64,000 nt of DNA, from the NCBI GenBank assembly GCA_021324855.1, contig JAJPIG010000009.1, forward strand, positions 44,138 to 108,137, given 5' to 3'. Both the position numbers and the translations under genes were made by a program. The notes under the pieces are model-generated. The model made no database searches. It had not been told where the DNA came from and saw only the letters and a program-made list of their open reading frames with translations. Origin of the DNA: Pseudomonadota bacterium (GTDB taxonomy: Bacteria > Desulfobacterota > Binatia > Binatales > Binataceae). Positions 38,439 to 49,200 of the stretch are shown here, piece by piece; the first letter of the stretch is position 1; the number at the start of each line of letters is the position of its first letter.

Positions 38439-40861
38439 GTCACGGTAGCGCACCTGGCGAAGGTTCGATCGTAAGATATTTCCGTTTCGGCGAAAATATC
38501 CTTCGGTTCCGCTGGTACATCGGCGGGTTCCTGCTTCTGTTCACGATCTGGATGGGATATGCGGCAGCACATGTCCAGATAGCAACCCGATTCGTCGACT
38601 TCTTTCCGCGGACCCACCCGAACGTCGAGTTGACGAATAAGTTCGCGAGCTTCGGCGGCGCCGATACCGTCACCTTCATGGTGCAGGTGAAGAACGGCGA
38701 TATCTTCAACCTCCCGACGCTCAAGATCATTCAGGACCTGACGCGAGACGTTAACCGGCTGCCCGGCGTCAACCACAACGAAGTCTTCTCGCTCGCTTCC
38801 TACCGCGTCACCTATGCGAAAGCCGTGCCCGGAGCGCTGGTTGCGCGCACCTTCATGTACCCGAATCTGCCCGCGAACCAGGCGGAAATCGACCTGCTAA
38901 GGCGGAATGTCACGATCTACCGCGACCGTATCGGCTCGCTGGTGAGCACCGACAACAAGGCCGCTGTCGTGCGGGCCTCATTCAACGAGGAAGGGTTCAA
39001 CTATCGCGATCTGTTCTTCGCGATCCGTGGCTTGGTTAAGACCTACGAAGATCCGAATCATCAGATCTTCGTGGCCGGCGAACCGATTGTCCGCGGCTAT
39101 GGCTACTACTACGAACCCGCGGTGGTGACGATCCTGGTCGCTTCGGTAATCGCGATGATCGTCATCCTCTATATCTTCCTGGCTCAACGCAGCCGCTGGT
39201 GGGCGCCGATCGTCACCGGTACCTTCTCCGCAATCTGGGGCCTCGGTTTCGTTGGCGTGATGGGTTACGACTTCGACCCCGTCATGCTCGTCATACCGTT
39301 CATCCTGACGGCCCGTGACGTAAGTCACGGGATCCAGTGGCAAGGACGCTACTACGACGAGATCGACCGGCTGCGCGACAAGTATGCGGCTTGTATTGCG
39401 ACCACCGATCAGATGCTGCCGCCGGGCTTTCTCTCGATCATCGCCGATATCGCTGGAATCATCTTCATCGCGCTGGGCGGGATTCCGGTCCTCGAGCACA
39501 TCGGCCTCGCGGGCGCGGTATGGCTCGCCGGTAGTCTGACGATGGTGTTCGTTTTTCAACCCATTCTGATGAGCTTCCTGCCGCTGCCGCAGATTCGCAG
39601 CGAGGCGAAGCGCGTCACTGGCATGTACCGGTATGTCGAGGGGTTATTCGCGAAGCTGGCCGAAATCCCGGTGCGGCCCGGACGGCTTCGCGCGGGCATC
39701 CTGATAGTTGCCCTGATCGTTCTGATCTGGGGCGTCGCCTCAGGGCTGCGCGAACCGGTCGGGTACGTCTACCCCGGCACGCCGCTCTATCGTCCGACCG
39801 CCAAGGTCAATCAGGATCTGCTCGCAATCAATCATTATTTCCCGACAGACGAAGGCTGGGTGATCATCTCGCACATGCCGCCTTATCCTGATCCGGAGTC
39901 AGCGCTTGCCCCGGCGATCCTGCGCATGAGCGATGACATGCGCAATTACCTGCTGCAGGATCCGAACGTCGACAGCGTGGTGACCTTCGCCACCCGCATC
40001 ATCATGCCGTCCAACCAGCAGCTCCATTACGGCCATCCGAAGTTTCTGGCGGTGCCCGACGACATCCAACTCGCCGGCAACCTGCAGTACCTCTACAGCA
40101 CGGCAACCGCGCCGGGCGAGATGGAGCAGTATCTCGCGCCGCCGGCGGCGCAGGATACCTGTATCCGCATCCTGATGCCTGGGCATACGACGCTCGCTCT
40201 CGAAATGTTGACCCAGCGCATCAAGGAATTCGTAAAAGAGCGTGTGGCGTCCGATCCGAACCTGAAGAAAATTCAGGTCCTGTACCTCGGTTCCACCGCT
40301 GGACTCTATGCCGCGGCGGACGACGTGCTGAAGCGGCTCGACTTTCTCAACATCACGTTTGTGCTCGCCGCGGTTTGTATCTTTTCGATGATTTCCTTCC
40401 GCTCGATCGTCGCGGGCCTGCTGTTCCTGCTCGCCTGCGTGCTGGCGAACTTCGGCGCGTTCATCTATCTGCGCCTGCGCGACATCGGTCTCACCATCGA
40501 TACCATTCCGGTTATCTCGCTGGGCATCGGCTTGGGTATCGACTACGGCATCTACACCGTCGCCCGCATCAGAGATGAAGTCATCGGCGGCAGTTCGCTC
40601 GCGGAATCGATCCGAATTGCGATCACCAAGACCGGCACCTCGGTCTTCAGCACCTTCGCGGTCATGGTCGGAGGCATCGCGCTGTGGGCGTTCTCGCCTC
40701 TGCTGTTCCACAGCGAGATGAGCGTGCTGTTGATGTTCCTGATGGGCACCAACATGATCGCGGGCGTTCTGATTCTGCCCTGCTACATCGCCTGGGCGCG
40801 GCCCAAGTTCGTGGTGAAGCACGAGCAGGTGCAGGAGCAGGCGGCCGCCGGGGGTAATTGA
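38435..40861 (+). CDS. RND-superfamily transporter, HAE3/MMPL-like (12-TM, no MFP/OMF partners)
   Basis: Start trimmed to the ATG at 38435, which overlaps the upstream stop (ATGA). Two blocks, each one TM plus a periplasmic loop plus five TMs. 808 aa. Confidence 0.8.
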   Translation: MSHGSAPGEGSIVRYFRFGENILRFRWYIGGFLLLFTIWMGYAAAHVQIATRFVDFFPRTHPNVELTNKFASFGGADTVTFMVQVKNGDIFNLPTLKIIQDLTRDVNRLPGVNHNEVFSLASYRVTYAKAVPGALVARTFMYPNLPANQAEIDLLRRNVTIYRDRIGSLVSTDNKAAVVRASFNEEGFNYRDLFFAIRGLVKTYEDPNHQIFVAGEPIVRGYGYYYEPAVVTILVASVIAMIVILYIFLAQRSRWWAPIVTGTFSAIWGLGFVGVMGYDFDPVMLVIPFILTARDVSHGIQWQGRYYDEIDRLRDKYAACIATTDQMLPPGFLSIIADIAGIIFIALGGIPVLEHIGLAGAVWLAGSLTMVFVFQPILMSFLPLPQIRSEAKRVTGMYRYVEGLFAKLAEIPVRPGRLRAGILIVALIVLIWGVASGLREPVGYVYPGTPLYRPTAKVNQDLLAINHYFPTDEGWVIISHMPPYPDPESALAPAILRMSDDMRNYLLQDPNVDSVVTFATRIIMPSNQQLHYGHPKFLAVPDDIQLAGNLQYLYSTATAPGEMEQYLAPPAAQDTCIRILMPGHTTLALEMLTQRIKEFVKERVASDPNLKKIQVLYLGSTAGLYAAADDVLKRLDFLNITFVLAAVCIFSMISFRSIVAGLLFLLACVLANFGAFIYLRLRDIGLTIDTIPVISLGIGLGIDYGIYTVARIRDEVIGGSSLAESIRIAITKTGTSVFSTFAVMVGGIALWAFSPLLFHSEMSVLLMFLMGTNMIAGVLILPCYIAWARPKFVVKHEQVQEQAAAGGN

Positions 40862-40906
40862 CCGCCCAGCCCGGCGAGAATCGCCCGACTGATACCGGAA
40901 GCACGC

Positions 40907-40941
40907 AAACGCCCCGCGCCGTCGCGGGGCGTTTGTTTTTT
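40907..40941 (+). terminator. Rho-independent terminator after the RND gene
   Basis: AAACGCCCCGCG (40907-18), CCGT loop, CGCGGGGCGTTT (40923-34), then GTTTTTT. A perfect 12-bp stem. Confidence 0.8.
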
Positions 40942-40990
40942 CCGATAAATCCGCGATAAACGAATCTTCGGCGCGCGGCGCCGTCACGCT

Positions 40991-42412
40991 ATGAAATCAC
41001 CCGAATTCGATTTGGCGCTGGAGCGCGCCGTGCGATGGGTCACGTCTTATTTCGCGCACACCCGTGATTTTCCGGTGTTCTCGAAGAGCATCCCCGGCTC
41101 GATCAAAAACGCGATTCCGCCGGCATTGCCGGAGACCGGCGAGCCGCTGAGTGCGCTGCTCGATGACTTCGAGCGACTGGTCGTGCCCGGCATCACCCAT
41201 TGGAACCATCCGCGATTCTTCGCCTACTTCGCGATCACCGGTTCCGAGCCGGGCGTCATCGCGGAGCTGCTCTCGGCGGCGCTCAACGTCAATGCGATGC
41301 TGTGGCGGACCTCGCCCGCGGCGACCGAAATCGAAGAAGCCGCGCTCGGATGGCTTCGCGACGCGCTGGGATTGCCGCGTGAGCTGTTCGGCGTCATTTA
41401 TGACACCGCCAGCGTATCAGGCCTGCATGCGCTTGCTGCGGCGCGTGAATCCCTGGGCCTCGAAATTCGAAACCTCGGCGCCGCGGGACGCGACCTCCCG
41501 CGCCTGCGGGTCTATTGCACGGCGGAGACCCACTCGCACATCGAGAAAGACGCGATCCTGCTCGGCATTGGACGCGAAAACGTGGTGAAAATCCCGACCG
41601 ACGATGCGTTCCAGATGGCTCCACGAGCCCTCGCGAGCGCGCTCGCTGCAGACCGGGCCGCGGGTTACCTTCCGATGTGCGTCGCGGCGACGGTCGGCAC
41701 CACCTCGACCACGTCGATCGATCCGGTCCGCGCGATTGCCGCCGTGTGCCGCGAGCATCGGGTATGGCTGCATGTCGATGCGGCCTATGCCGGGCCGGCT
41801 GCGATTGTGCCGGAGCTGCGCTGGGTGCTGGACGGATGCGAACTGGCCGATTCGATTGTGGTCAATCCGCACAAATGGTTGTTCGTGCCGATCGACCTCT
41901 CGGTGCTCTATACGCGGCATGAGGGGCTCCTGCGCCGCGCCTTCAGCCTGATTCCAGCCTATCTCGAAACGCCGGAAAGCGACGTCCGCAACTACATGGA
42001 TTATGGCGTGCAGCTCGGGCGCCGCTTCCGCGGACTCAAGCTATGGTTCGTGCTGCGCGCCTACGGCAGAAGCGGGATCGTCGAGCGGCTGCGCAATCAC
42101 GTCGCATGGACGCAGGAACTGGCGCGCCGAATTCGCGAGGCTGGTGATTTCGAAATCCTCGCGCCGCATCCGCTGTCGGTCGTATGCTTCCGGCATGCCG
42201 CGCGCGGCCTGGAAAATGAAGCGCTCGACGCGCACAATCAGCGCATCGTTGACGAAGTCAATCGCACCGGCTTTGCGTTTTTCTCGACCACGCGCCTCAA
42301 CGGCCGGCTCGCGCTCCGGATGGCGATCGGAAACGAGCGCACCACTGAAGCCGATGTATTCGAAACGTGGGATCTGATCCTACGGACCGCCCGCCAGCTC
42401 GCTCCCGCATGA
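40991..42412 (+). CDS. PLP-dependent group II decarboxylase (aromatic-L-amino-acid/tyrosine decarboxylase-like)
   Basis: HWNHPRFFAYF, the PLP-lysine motif NPHKWLFVP, and the DYGVQLGRRFRGLKLWFVLR block typical of DDC/TDC enzymes. Confidence 0.9.
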   Translation: MKSPEFDLALERAVRWVTSYFAHTRDFPVFSKSIPGSIKNAIPPALPETGEPLSALLDDFERLVVPGITHWNHPRFFAYFAITGSEPGVIAELLSAALNVNAMLWRTSPAATEIEEAALGWLRDALGLPRELFGVIYDTASVSGLHALAAARESLGLEIRNLGAAGRDLPRLRVYCTAETHSHIEKDAILLGIGRENVVKIPTDDAFQMAPRALASALAADRAAGYLPMCVAATVGTTSTTSIDPVRAIAAVCREHRVWLHVDAAYAGPAAIVPELRWVLDGCELADSIVVNPHKWLFVPIDLSVLYTRHEGLLRRAFSLIPAYLETPESDVRNYMDYGVQLGRRFRGLKLWFVLRAYGRSGIVERLRNHVAWTQELARRIREAGDFEILAPHPLSVVCFRHAARGLENEALDAHNQRIVDEVNRTGFAFFSTTRLNGRLALRMAIGNERTTEADVFETWDLILRTARQLAPA

Positions 42413-42457
42413 CCAGAGCAGCCGCAACTCAAAAACTGCCTCTATGACGGTGATCCG

Positions 42458-42842
42458 ATGAGCGGCGTGTCGGCGAGCGGCGGTTATCTTTCCGCCTTCC
42501 ACGTGGTCGCCCTGCCGCCGGGTCCCGAGGTCGCCTTGCGGTTCGGGCAAATGGAGCGCGAAGCTCGAGCGCATAGCGCGCCAGAGCCTTCGCGGCGGGG
42601 CTCGTTACGAAGTCCAAGTCATGATGGGCGACCCGGGCATCGAGGCCCTGCGCGTGGCCAGGCGGGTTCGTGCAAATCTGATTGTTATGGCGACCCACGG
42701 CCGCAAAGGGTTTCGCCGTCTCATTCTAGGCAGCGTCGCGGAGCGGGTTGTTCGCGAAGCGCCGTGTCCCGTGTTGACCATTAGACCCCGGCCCGCGCGC
42801 GCTACCAAGTTACCTGCGCGCTCAGACACGATGAGCAGATAA
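42458..42842 (+). pseudogene. Degraded universal stress protein (UspA-family) gene
   Basis: The C-terminal half is intact in frame 0 (YEVQVMMGDPGIEALRVARRVRANLIVMATHGRKGFRRLILGSVAERVVREAPCPVLTI). The beta2-like segment (LSAFHVVALPP) is in a different frame (ORF 42458-42784). The usual N-terminal ~30 aa do not fit between 42413 and 42458. Confidence 0.45.
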
Positions 42843-42913
42843 CTACCTCAAGTCCTGTCGCGAAGGGCCACAGAGAGGCCGTGAATCCGATCGCGGCAAT
42901 CACTTGCGAGCCG

Positions 42914-43606
42914 TCAGCGCGCTTTTCGCGTGTCAACAGAAGATTGGACGGGAAGTCCCGCAGCTTTCCATTCCGGATACCCATCTTCAAGGCGCAGCGC
43001 GTCGTAGCCGTGTTTTCGGAGCTCGGCAACGGCTTCGTATGAGAAGATGCAGTAGGGACCGCGACAATAGGCAACCACCTGTTGTGAAAGCGGCAATTCC
43101 TTGAGACGACGACGCAATTCCCTCAGGGGAATGTTGACTGCGCCCGGCACGTGACCGGACGCGAACTCTTCGGCCGAACGCACGTCGAGCACCGTAACCT
43201 GCCGATTTTTAATCCGTCGCAGGAGCTCCCGCCTCGACAGCGGCTCCAGACTGTCACGCTCGCGGAAATAGCTTTGAACCAACTGGCGCGTCTCGGCGAG
43301 GTTGCGTTCCGCAAGCCGCTGCAGATTGGCGACCAGACTCAGGACGGATTCGTCGGCCAGCCTGTAAAGTACCTTCTGGCCTTCCTTTCGCGAGACTACC
43401 AAACCAGCGCGTCGCAGCCGCTGCAGGTGTTGCGACGTGTTGGCGACATTCATCCCGGCGCGAGCAGCCAACATCTCCACGGCGGTTTCGCCCTGGCCGA
43501 GCAGTTGCAGGACCATCAGGCGATAAGGATGTCCGAGGGCTCGTGCGACCGCGGCGAACTGGTCGAATATCGCGAGGCTTGCATCGCTTGACGTACTGGT
43601 AATCAT
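42914..43606 (-). CDS. ArsR/SmtB-family HTH regulator fused to a C-terminal rhodanese domain
   Basis: wHTH ALGHPYRLMVLQLLGQGETAVEMLAARAGMNVANTSQHLQRLRRAGLVVSRKEGQKVLYRL. Rhodanese LDVRSAEEFASGHVPGAVNIP...VAYCRGPYC (active-site Cys loop). There are no Cys residues in the ArsR half. Confidence 0.85.
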   Translation of the reverse strand: MITSTSSDASLAIFDQFAAVARALGHPYRLMVLQLLGQGETAVEMLAARAGMNVANTSQHLQRLRRAGLVVSRKEGQKVLYRLADESVLSLVANLQRLAERNLAETRQLVQSYFRERDSLEPLSRRELLRRIKNRQVTVLDVRSAEEFASGHVPGAVNIPLRELRRRLKELPLSQQVVAYCRGPYCIFSYEAVAELRKHGYDALRLEDGYPEWKAAGLPVQSSVDTRKAR

Positions 43607-43611
43607 GTGCT

Positions 43612-43633
43612 CAATTAAATAATAGAATAATTG
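43612..43633. promoter_or_regulatory. Candidate operator: inverted repeat in the AT-rich divergent promoter region
   Basis: CAATTA (43612-17), 10-nt spacer, TAATTG (43628-33). It starts 6 nt from the regulator start codon, inside the only AT-rich stretch between the regulator and the efflux operon. Confidence 0.3.
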
Positions 43634-43759
43634 AATAAAATATCAAGGAATATCCCGAATGCGAGAAACGCGGAGTGATGGCAGGATCAAGCGGGCGTCA
43701 GGCACGGCAGCGAGGCGCCGCGCTCTTTGGAACCTGGCGCGCGAGGCTTGGGTGCGTAA

Positions 43760-45121
43760 GTGATGCCAAGGCCGGCGATAGCGCTGCTTCTGGTCGGATT
43801 ATTTTCTATCGCTGCTCACGCCGCCGATACTTCCGGAACGCTGCGGCGGATCTCCCTTGATGATGCGATCGCGATCGCACTGCGGCAAAATCGCAGCTTC
43901 AAAGCCGCCCGTTTCGCAAGCGAAGCAGCCGATGACAGAATTGGAGTTGCGCGCGGTTCGATGCTTCCCCACCTGGAGACCGACGAAAATTTTTCCTACA
44001 CCAACAGCCCTTGGGCGATCTTCGACCAATTGGCGCAGCAGGACTTCGGACCCAAAGACTTTGCGCTCGACAATCTTAACAACCCTCCCTTTACTTCGAA
44101 TTTTCAGAGCCAGGTGAGACTCTCGTTCCCGCTTTTTGCCGGCGGGAGGCTGATTGCCGCATACCGGGCCGCAGGCTTTGAGGCTGACGCTGAAAAGTGG
44201 CAGCTGATTCAAACCCGTCAAAAAGTGGAGTTTGCGGTAATCCGTTCGTACTACCAAGCGGTACTTGCGGAAGAAGCACTGTCGGTGGTCGATCGCGCGC
44301 TGGTGGCTGCGCGCGGTCATCTCGCTCGCGCTCAGGATCTTTTTCAGCACGGGAAAGTTCTTAATTCTGACGTGCTGCGAACCAGGGTTCGCCTGGGTGA
44401 GCTGGACCAGCAACGGATTGAAGCTGAGAGTCAATTCGACGTTGCCCTCGCGAACCTGGCGCATGTTCTGGGTGACGAAGACGAACGGGTCGCGCCGCTT
44501 CGAAAACCGGTTGCGGCCGAGGCCGCGGTTTCACCAGAAATGCTCGACTCTCTGATTGCGCGTGCAATTGCCGACCGCCCGGAAATAATGGTTGCCAATT
44601 CACGCATCCAACAAGCGCGGCAGAATGTAACCATTGCCCGTGCTGATTATCTGCCGACGGTGGAGATAGCTGGAGTGTATGAAAATGACTCTGCGCGCTT
44701 CGCCCGCGCCGGGAACAACGGGGCGCTCCTTGTTACCGGCCGGCTGAATCTATTCAACGGGTTAGCCACGCAATCAAAGCTTGAGGCTGCACAGTCGGAT
44801 CTTTCGCGTGCACAGGTGCTCGCCGACGATCTTCGTCATGCAGTTGCGGTCGAAGTTGAGATTGCATATCGGGATCTGGCTGCCGCCCGGCAGGGCCTGA
44901 ACGTGGCAAGGCAGGACAGCCAGTACGCCGCGAGCGCGCTCAAAATTCTGGAAGACCGCTATGGATTTGGTCTCGCTTCCAACGTCGAAGTTTTGGACTC
45001 GCAGAGCGCTCGCGAAGAGACGGACATGCGACTGGTCAACGCCCAGGTCAGTGTGGCTGTTGACCGCGCGGCGTTGAACCTTGCAACCGGGGTGGAACCT
45101 CAGGGAGCGTCAGGACGCTGA
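43760..45121 (+). CDS. TolC-family outer-membrane efflux protein
   Basis: Signal peptide MMPRPAIALLLVGLFSIAAHA. Two OEP repeats with the typical coiled-coil heptads. 453 aa. Confidence 0.85.
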   Translation: MMPRPAIALLLVGLFSIAAHAADTSGTLRRISLDDAIAIALRQNRSFKAARFASEAADDRIGVARGSMLPHLETDENFSYTNSPWAIFDQLAQQDFGPKDFALDNLNNPPFTSNFQSQVRLSFPLFAGGRLIAAYRAAGFEADAEKWQLIQTRQKVEFAVIRSYYQAVLAEEALSVVDRALVAARGHLARAQDLFQHGKVLNSDVLRTRVRLGELDQQRIEAESQFDVALANLAHVLGDEDERVAPLRKPVAAEAAVSPEMLDSLIARAIADRPEIMVANSRIQQARQNVTIARADYLPTVEIAGVYENDSARFARAGNNGALLVTGRLNLFNGLATQSKLEAAQSDLSRAQVLADDLRHAVAVEVEIAYRDLAAARQGLNVARQDSQYAASALKILEDRYGFGLASNVEVLDSQSAREETDMRLVNAQVSVAVDRAALNLATGVEPQGASGR

Positions 45122-45126
45122 CATAA

Positions 45127-46224
45127 ATGGCCCGCCCGTTAAACGAATGGCCTTCCGCGCATCGCGGGTGGCTGCTGCTGATCGCGGGCGCGATCGGCCT
45201 GCTTCTGCTGTGGCTCGCCGTGCGGGCGATTCGGGTCGGGAGCATCGAGCCGGGCCTTCTCAGCGAAAAGCTTGACGGGCTTCCTAACCGCCCGATCGGA
45301 GTCGTGCTTAGCGAGGAACTGGCCATGCGTCGCGAAGTGACCGGCTCGGTCCAGTCGCGGGTATCAATAGAAGCTGCAAGCCGGGTCGCAGCACGCATCA
45401 CCAAGGTCAACGTGCGCGCAGGTGACCGGGTAACCCGCGGTCAGGTGATAGTTGTGCTGGATGCCTCTGAACTCAGGGCGCGACTGCGACAGGCGGAAGG
45501 TCAACTGGCCGCAGCACGCGCCGAGCTCGGCCGGGCTGCCGCGGAGGAGGGACGGTTCTCTGCTCTATTTGCGCGCGGTTCGGCCACCGCCAGTGAACGC
45601 GACGCTGCCGAAGCCGCCTATCGGGCCGCGATGGGACGCACCGCACAAGCGCGGGCCGCAATCGCAGCCGCTCGCGCCGAATTGGAGTACACGATCGTCC
45701 GCGCGCCGGTCGATGGACTGGTCGTGGAACGCCTTGCCGAGCCGGGTGACATTGCGATGCCGGGGAAACCGCTGGTCCGGTTGTACGAAGAAAATGTGTT
45801 GCGCGTCGAGCTGGAGGTGCCTGAGGAGCTAACTCGCGACATCCGGATAGGAACGCCCCTCGATGTCAGCGTCGACGCGAACGGCATGAAATATCGCACG
45901 CAGGTCAACGAAATCGTCCCTGCCTCCGATCCTGGGAGCAGAAGTTTTCTGGTTCGAGCGCCGCTGCCGAGCGGCCAACGTCTGCAACCGGGGATGTTCG
46001 CTCGGGCGACTTTTGCGATTGCGAACGAGATGGTCCTTACCGTACCGCGCGGCGCAATCGAGGAAGTCGGGCAACTCGAGACAGTACGCGTGGTCTCTGA
46101 CGGGAAGATCACCACGCGGATAGTCTCTCTTGGGCGCAGCTTCGGCGACCGTGTCGAGGTGCTTGCCGGCCTTCATCAGGGTCAGCGCGTGATTCTAGAC
46201 AGCCGAGGGGCTGGCGTGAAGTGA
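45127..46224 (+). CDS. RND efflux periplasmic adaptor (membrane fusion protein)
   Basis: N-terminal TM, lipoyl-like halves VNVRAGDRVTRGQVIVVLD and YTIVRAPVDGLVVERLAEPGD separated by an Ala-rich coiled coil. Confidence 0.85.
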   Translation: MARPLNEWPSAHRGWLLLIAGAIGLLLLWLAVRAIRVGSIEPGLLSEKLDGLPNRPIGVVLSEELAMRREVTGSVQSRVSIEAASRVAARITKVNVRAGDRVTRGQVIVVLDASELRARLRQAEGQLAAARAELGRAAAEEGRFSALFARGSATASERDAAEAAYRAAMGRTAQARAAIAAARAELEYTIVRAPVDGLVVERLAEPGDIAMPGKPLVRLYEENVLRVELEVPEELTRDIRIGTPLDVSVDANGMKYRTQVNEIVPASDPGSRSFLVRAPLPSGQRLQPGMFARATFAIANEMVLTVPRGAIEEVGQLETVRVVSDGKITTRIVSLGRSFGDRVEVLAGLHQGQRVILDSRGAGVK

Positions 46225-49200
46225 ACGAAACGGACCCCGGCAAGCTGGGCCTAACAGCGCGAATTGTCGACCTGTTCCTCGGGTCGAACTTGTCGATGCT
46301 GCTGCTCGTCGCTTCGCTGGCGGCGGGCGGAATCGCGCTTCTCGTAACGCCGCGTGAAGAAGACCCCCAGATCTCCGTTCCACTCGCCGACATCATCGTT
46401 CAAATGCCGGGCGCGAGCGCCGCCGAAGTGGAGAATCTGGTCACGATCAACCTCGAGAAGCGGTTGTGGGAAATGGAGGGCGTTGAGCACATCTATTCCG
46501 CTTCCCGGCCAGGGAGCGCGATGGTTACGGTCCGTTTCCGGGTCGGCTATGACGGGATTAAAAGCCTCGTTCAAATTTACAACAAACTTGAATCCAACCG
46601 CGACGCGGTGCCGCCCGGCGTAACCGGGTGGATCGTCAAGCCCGTCGGGATCGACGACGTCCCGATTCTCAACGTCACCCTGTGGAGCAAAACCGAAAGC
46701 GACGCAATGCTGCGACGGATCGCCGATGAGATATTGCATCGCATGCAGCAGGTGCCGGATACGGGGCGTTCCTTCGTGGTCGGTGGACGGCCACGGCAGA
46801 TACGAGTTCTGCTTGACGCCGAGCAACTCGCCGGCCACGATTTGGCGCCGCTCGACATCGCTCGGGCACTGCGCGGGGCCGACGCTAATTTGCGCGCTGG
46901 GAGCTTCGCCCGCGATAACCGTGAGTATGTGGTCGATAGTGGTCCATTTATTACCAGCGCGGCCGAGGTGGCTTCCCTTGTGGTCGCAGTACGCGGCCAG
47001 CATCCCGTCTATCTGCGCGACGTCGCCCGCGTAATCGATGGTCCGGCCGAACCCGACAACTATACGACGATCGGCTTCGGCCCAGCCCGCCAATATCTGG
47101 TTAAAGAACCAGGCCAATTGCGCATCGAGTCCGTCGGCGCTCGTGCGACTTTATACCCGGCGGTGACAATCGCCTTCGCCAAGCGGCATGGCACCAACGC
47201 GGTGGCGGTAGCCCAGGGACTAATCAAGCAGGTCGAAGCGCTGGAGGGCGTCGCCATCCCATCTGACGTAAATGTCCTCATCACGCGAAACTATGGAGAA
47301 ACCGCCAATGAGAAGGTGAATGAACTGGTCAGGGAGCTGATGATAGCTATCGGGATCATCGTGGTCTTGCTGGCTTTTTCGCTAGGTCTTCGCGAAGCAT
47401 TCATTGTCGCAATTGCGGTTCCCATCACCCTTGCGATCACGCTGGTCGGAAATCTCATCGCCGGCTACACGATCAACCGGGTCACGCTGTTCGCGCTGAT
47501 CCTCTCATTGGGTCTTTTGGTCGACGATCCGATTGTCGATGTGGAGAACATTCACCGTCATTTTCGGCTTGGCACGCTTCCGCGGAGAGAGGCGACGCTC
47601 ATTGCCGTCGACGAGGTTCGACCGCCCACGATCCTCGCAACCTTCACAGTCATCGCTTCCTTCGTCCCGATGTTGTTCGTGACCGGGATGATGGGACCGT
47701 ACATGCGCCCGATGCCGTTCAACGTGCCGCTTGCGATGCTGACCTCTTTGGTCGTGGCGTTCACTATAACGCCATGGGCTGCCTATCATCTCCTGCGCCA
47801 CGAGGACTCGTCGGCCTCGGCCGAAACTTTTGACGAAGGAGCGACGATTCGACGATGGTATGCGCGGGTTCTTCGTCCGCTGCTCGAAAGTCGGCGGCGA
47901 GCGCGCGCCTTTCTGTTCGTGATGGTCGGCACGTTTCTCGTCTCGATCCTGCTTGTGGTGTTCGGGCTGGTGCCGGTTAAGATGCTGCCTTTCGACAATA
48001 AGAACGAATTGCAGCTCGTGGTCGACATGCCGGAAGGAACTCCTTTGGAATCTACGGACGCGGTGATTCGCGATTTCGATGGATTATTGAGCAGAGTACC
48101 GGAGGTCACCGACTTCGAGTCGTACGTGGGCGTCAGCTCGCCGTTCGATTTCAATGGGATGGTCCGCCATTATTATATGCGGAGCGCGCCCTGGCAGGCG
48201 GACATCCGAATCAACCTGGCGCCGAAGAGCGTCCGCGCCCAGTCCTCGCATCAGATCGCGCTTCGCATTCGGCCTTTGGTTGAAGCAATCGCGCGGAAAG
48301 ATGGCGCCAAGGTGAAGATCGTCGAGGTGCCGCCGGGTCCTCCTGTGCTGGAGACGATTGTTGCCGAGATCTACGGTCCGCCGACGGCCGAGTATTCACA
48401 ACTCATCGCGTACGGAAGCAAGCTTCGAGATCTTTTCGATCGTACGGGCGGTCTCGTCGATACGGATGATTTCAGGGTTGCCGCACAACCGCATGTGCAA
48501 TTCGTTTTAGATCGGGAAAAAGCGGCCCTTCATGGTATCACCACAACAGAGGCCGCACGGACTCTGACCCTGATGCTTGGGGGCGAAGCGGTTGATACGG
48601 TTCATACCGAGACCGAGCGCGATCCCCTGGTGATCGAAGTTCGCTTGCCGCGCGCAGTGCGTTCGAACCTCGACGGGATCATGGCGGTGAAGCTTCGCGG
48701 ATCTGACGGGAAGATGGTGCCTCTGGGCGAACTCGGCGAGGTTCGAACCACGGTGGAGGAGCAACCAATCTACCGCAAAGACCTCCGCCAAGTGGCTATG
48801 GTAATGGCCGACACCGCCGGCATCAGTCCGGTCAATGAAGTACTTTGGCTTCAAAGCCGCACCAAAAGCCTGCTGCCGCCCGGCTATACCATCGACTGGA
48901 CCGGCGAGGGCGAGTGGAACATCACGGTTACGGTCTTTCGCGACCTAGGGCTGGCTTTTGGCGCTGCGCTGTTTTTCATCTACGTGTTGCTGGTCGCGCA
49001 GACCGAGTCGCTCGCGATGCCGCTCATCATCATGTCGGCGATCCCGCTTACCTTGATCGGCATCATGCCGGGCTTCTTTCTGTTGGATCTTGTAAGCAAC
49101 CGCCCGGTTGCGGGTTTTCCAGATCCGACATTTTTCACGGCAACCGCGATGATCGGAATGATCGCCTTGGCCGGCATCGTGGTGCGCAACTCGATCATTC

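Noticed and set aside
42746-42754. Shared 9-mer GGTTGTTCG at 42746-54 (inside the USP remnant) and 49837-45 (inside the selC-like relic), considered as att-type direct repeats bounding the lower-GC efflux segment.
   Set aside because: Nine nucleotides is too short to be meaningful in 64 kb. The left copy lies inside conserved coding sequence (ERVVRE) and no flanking similarity extends the match.
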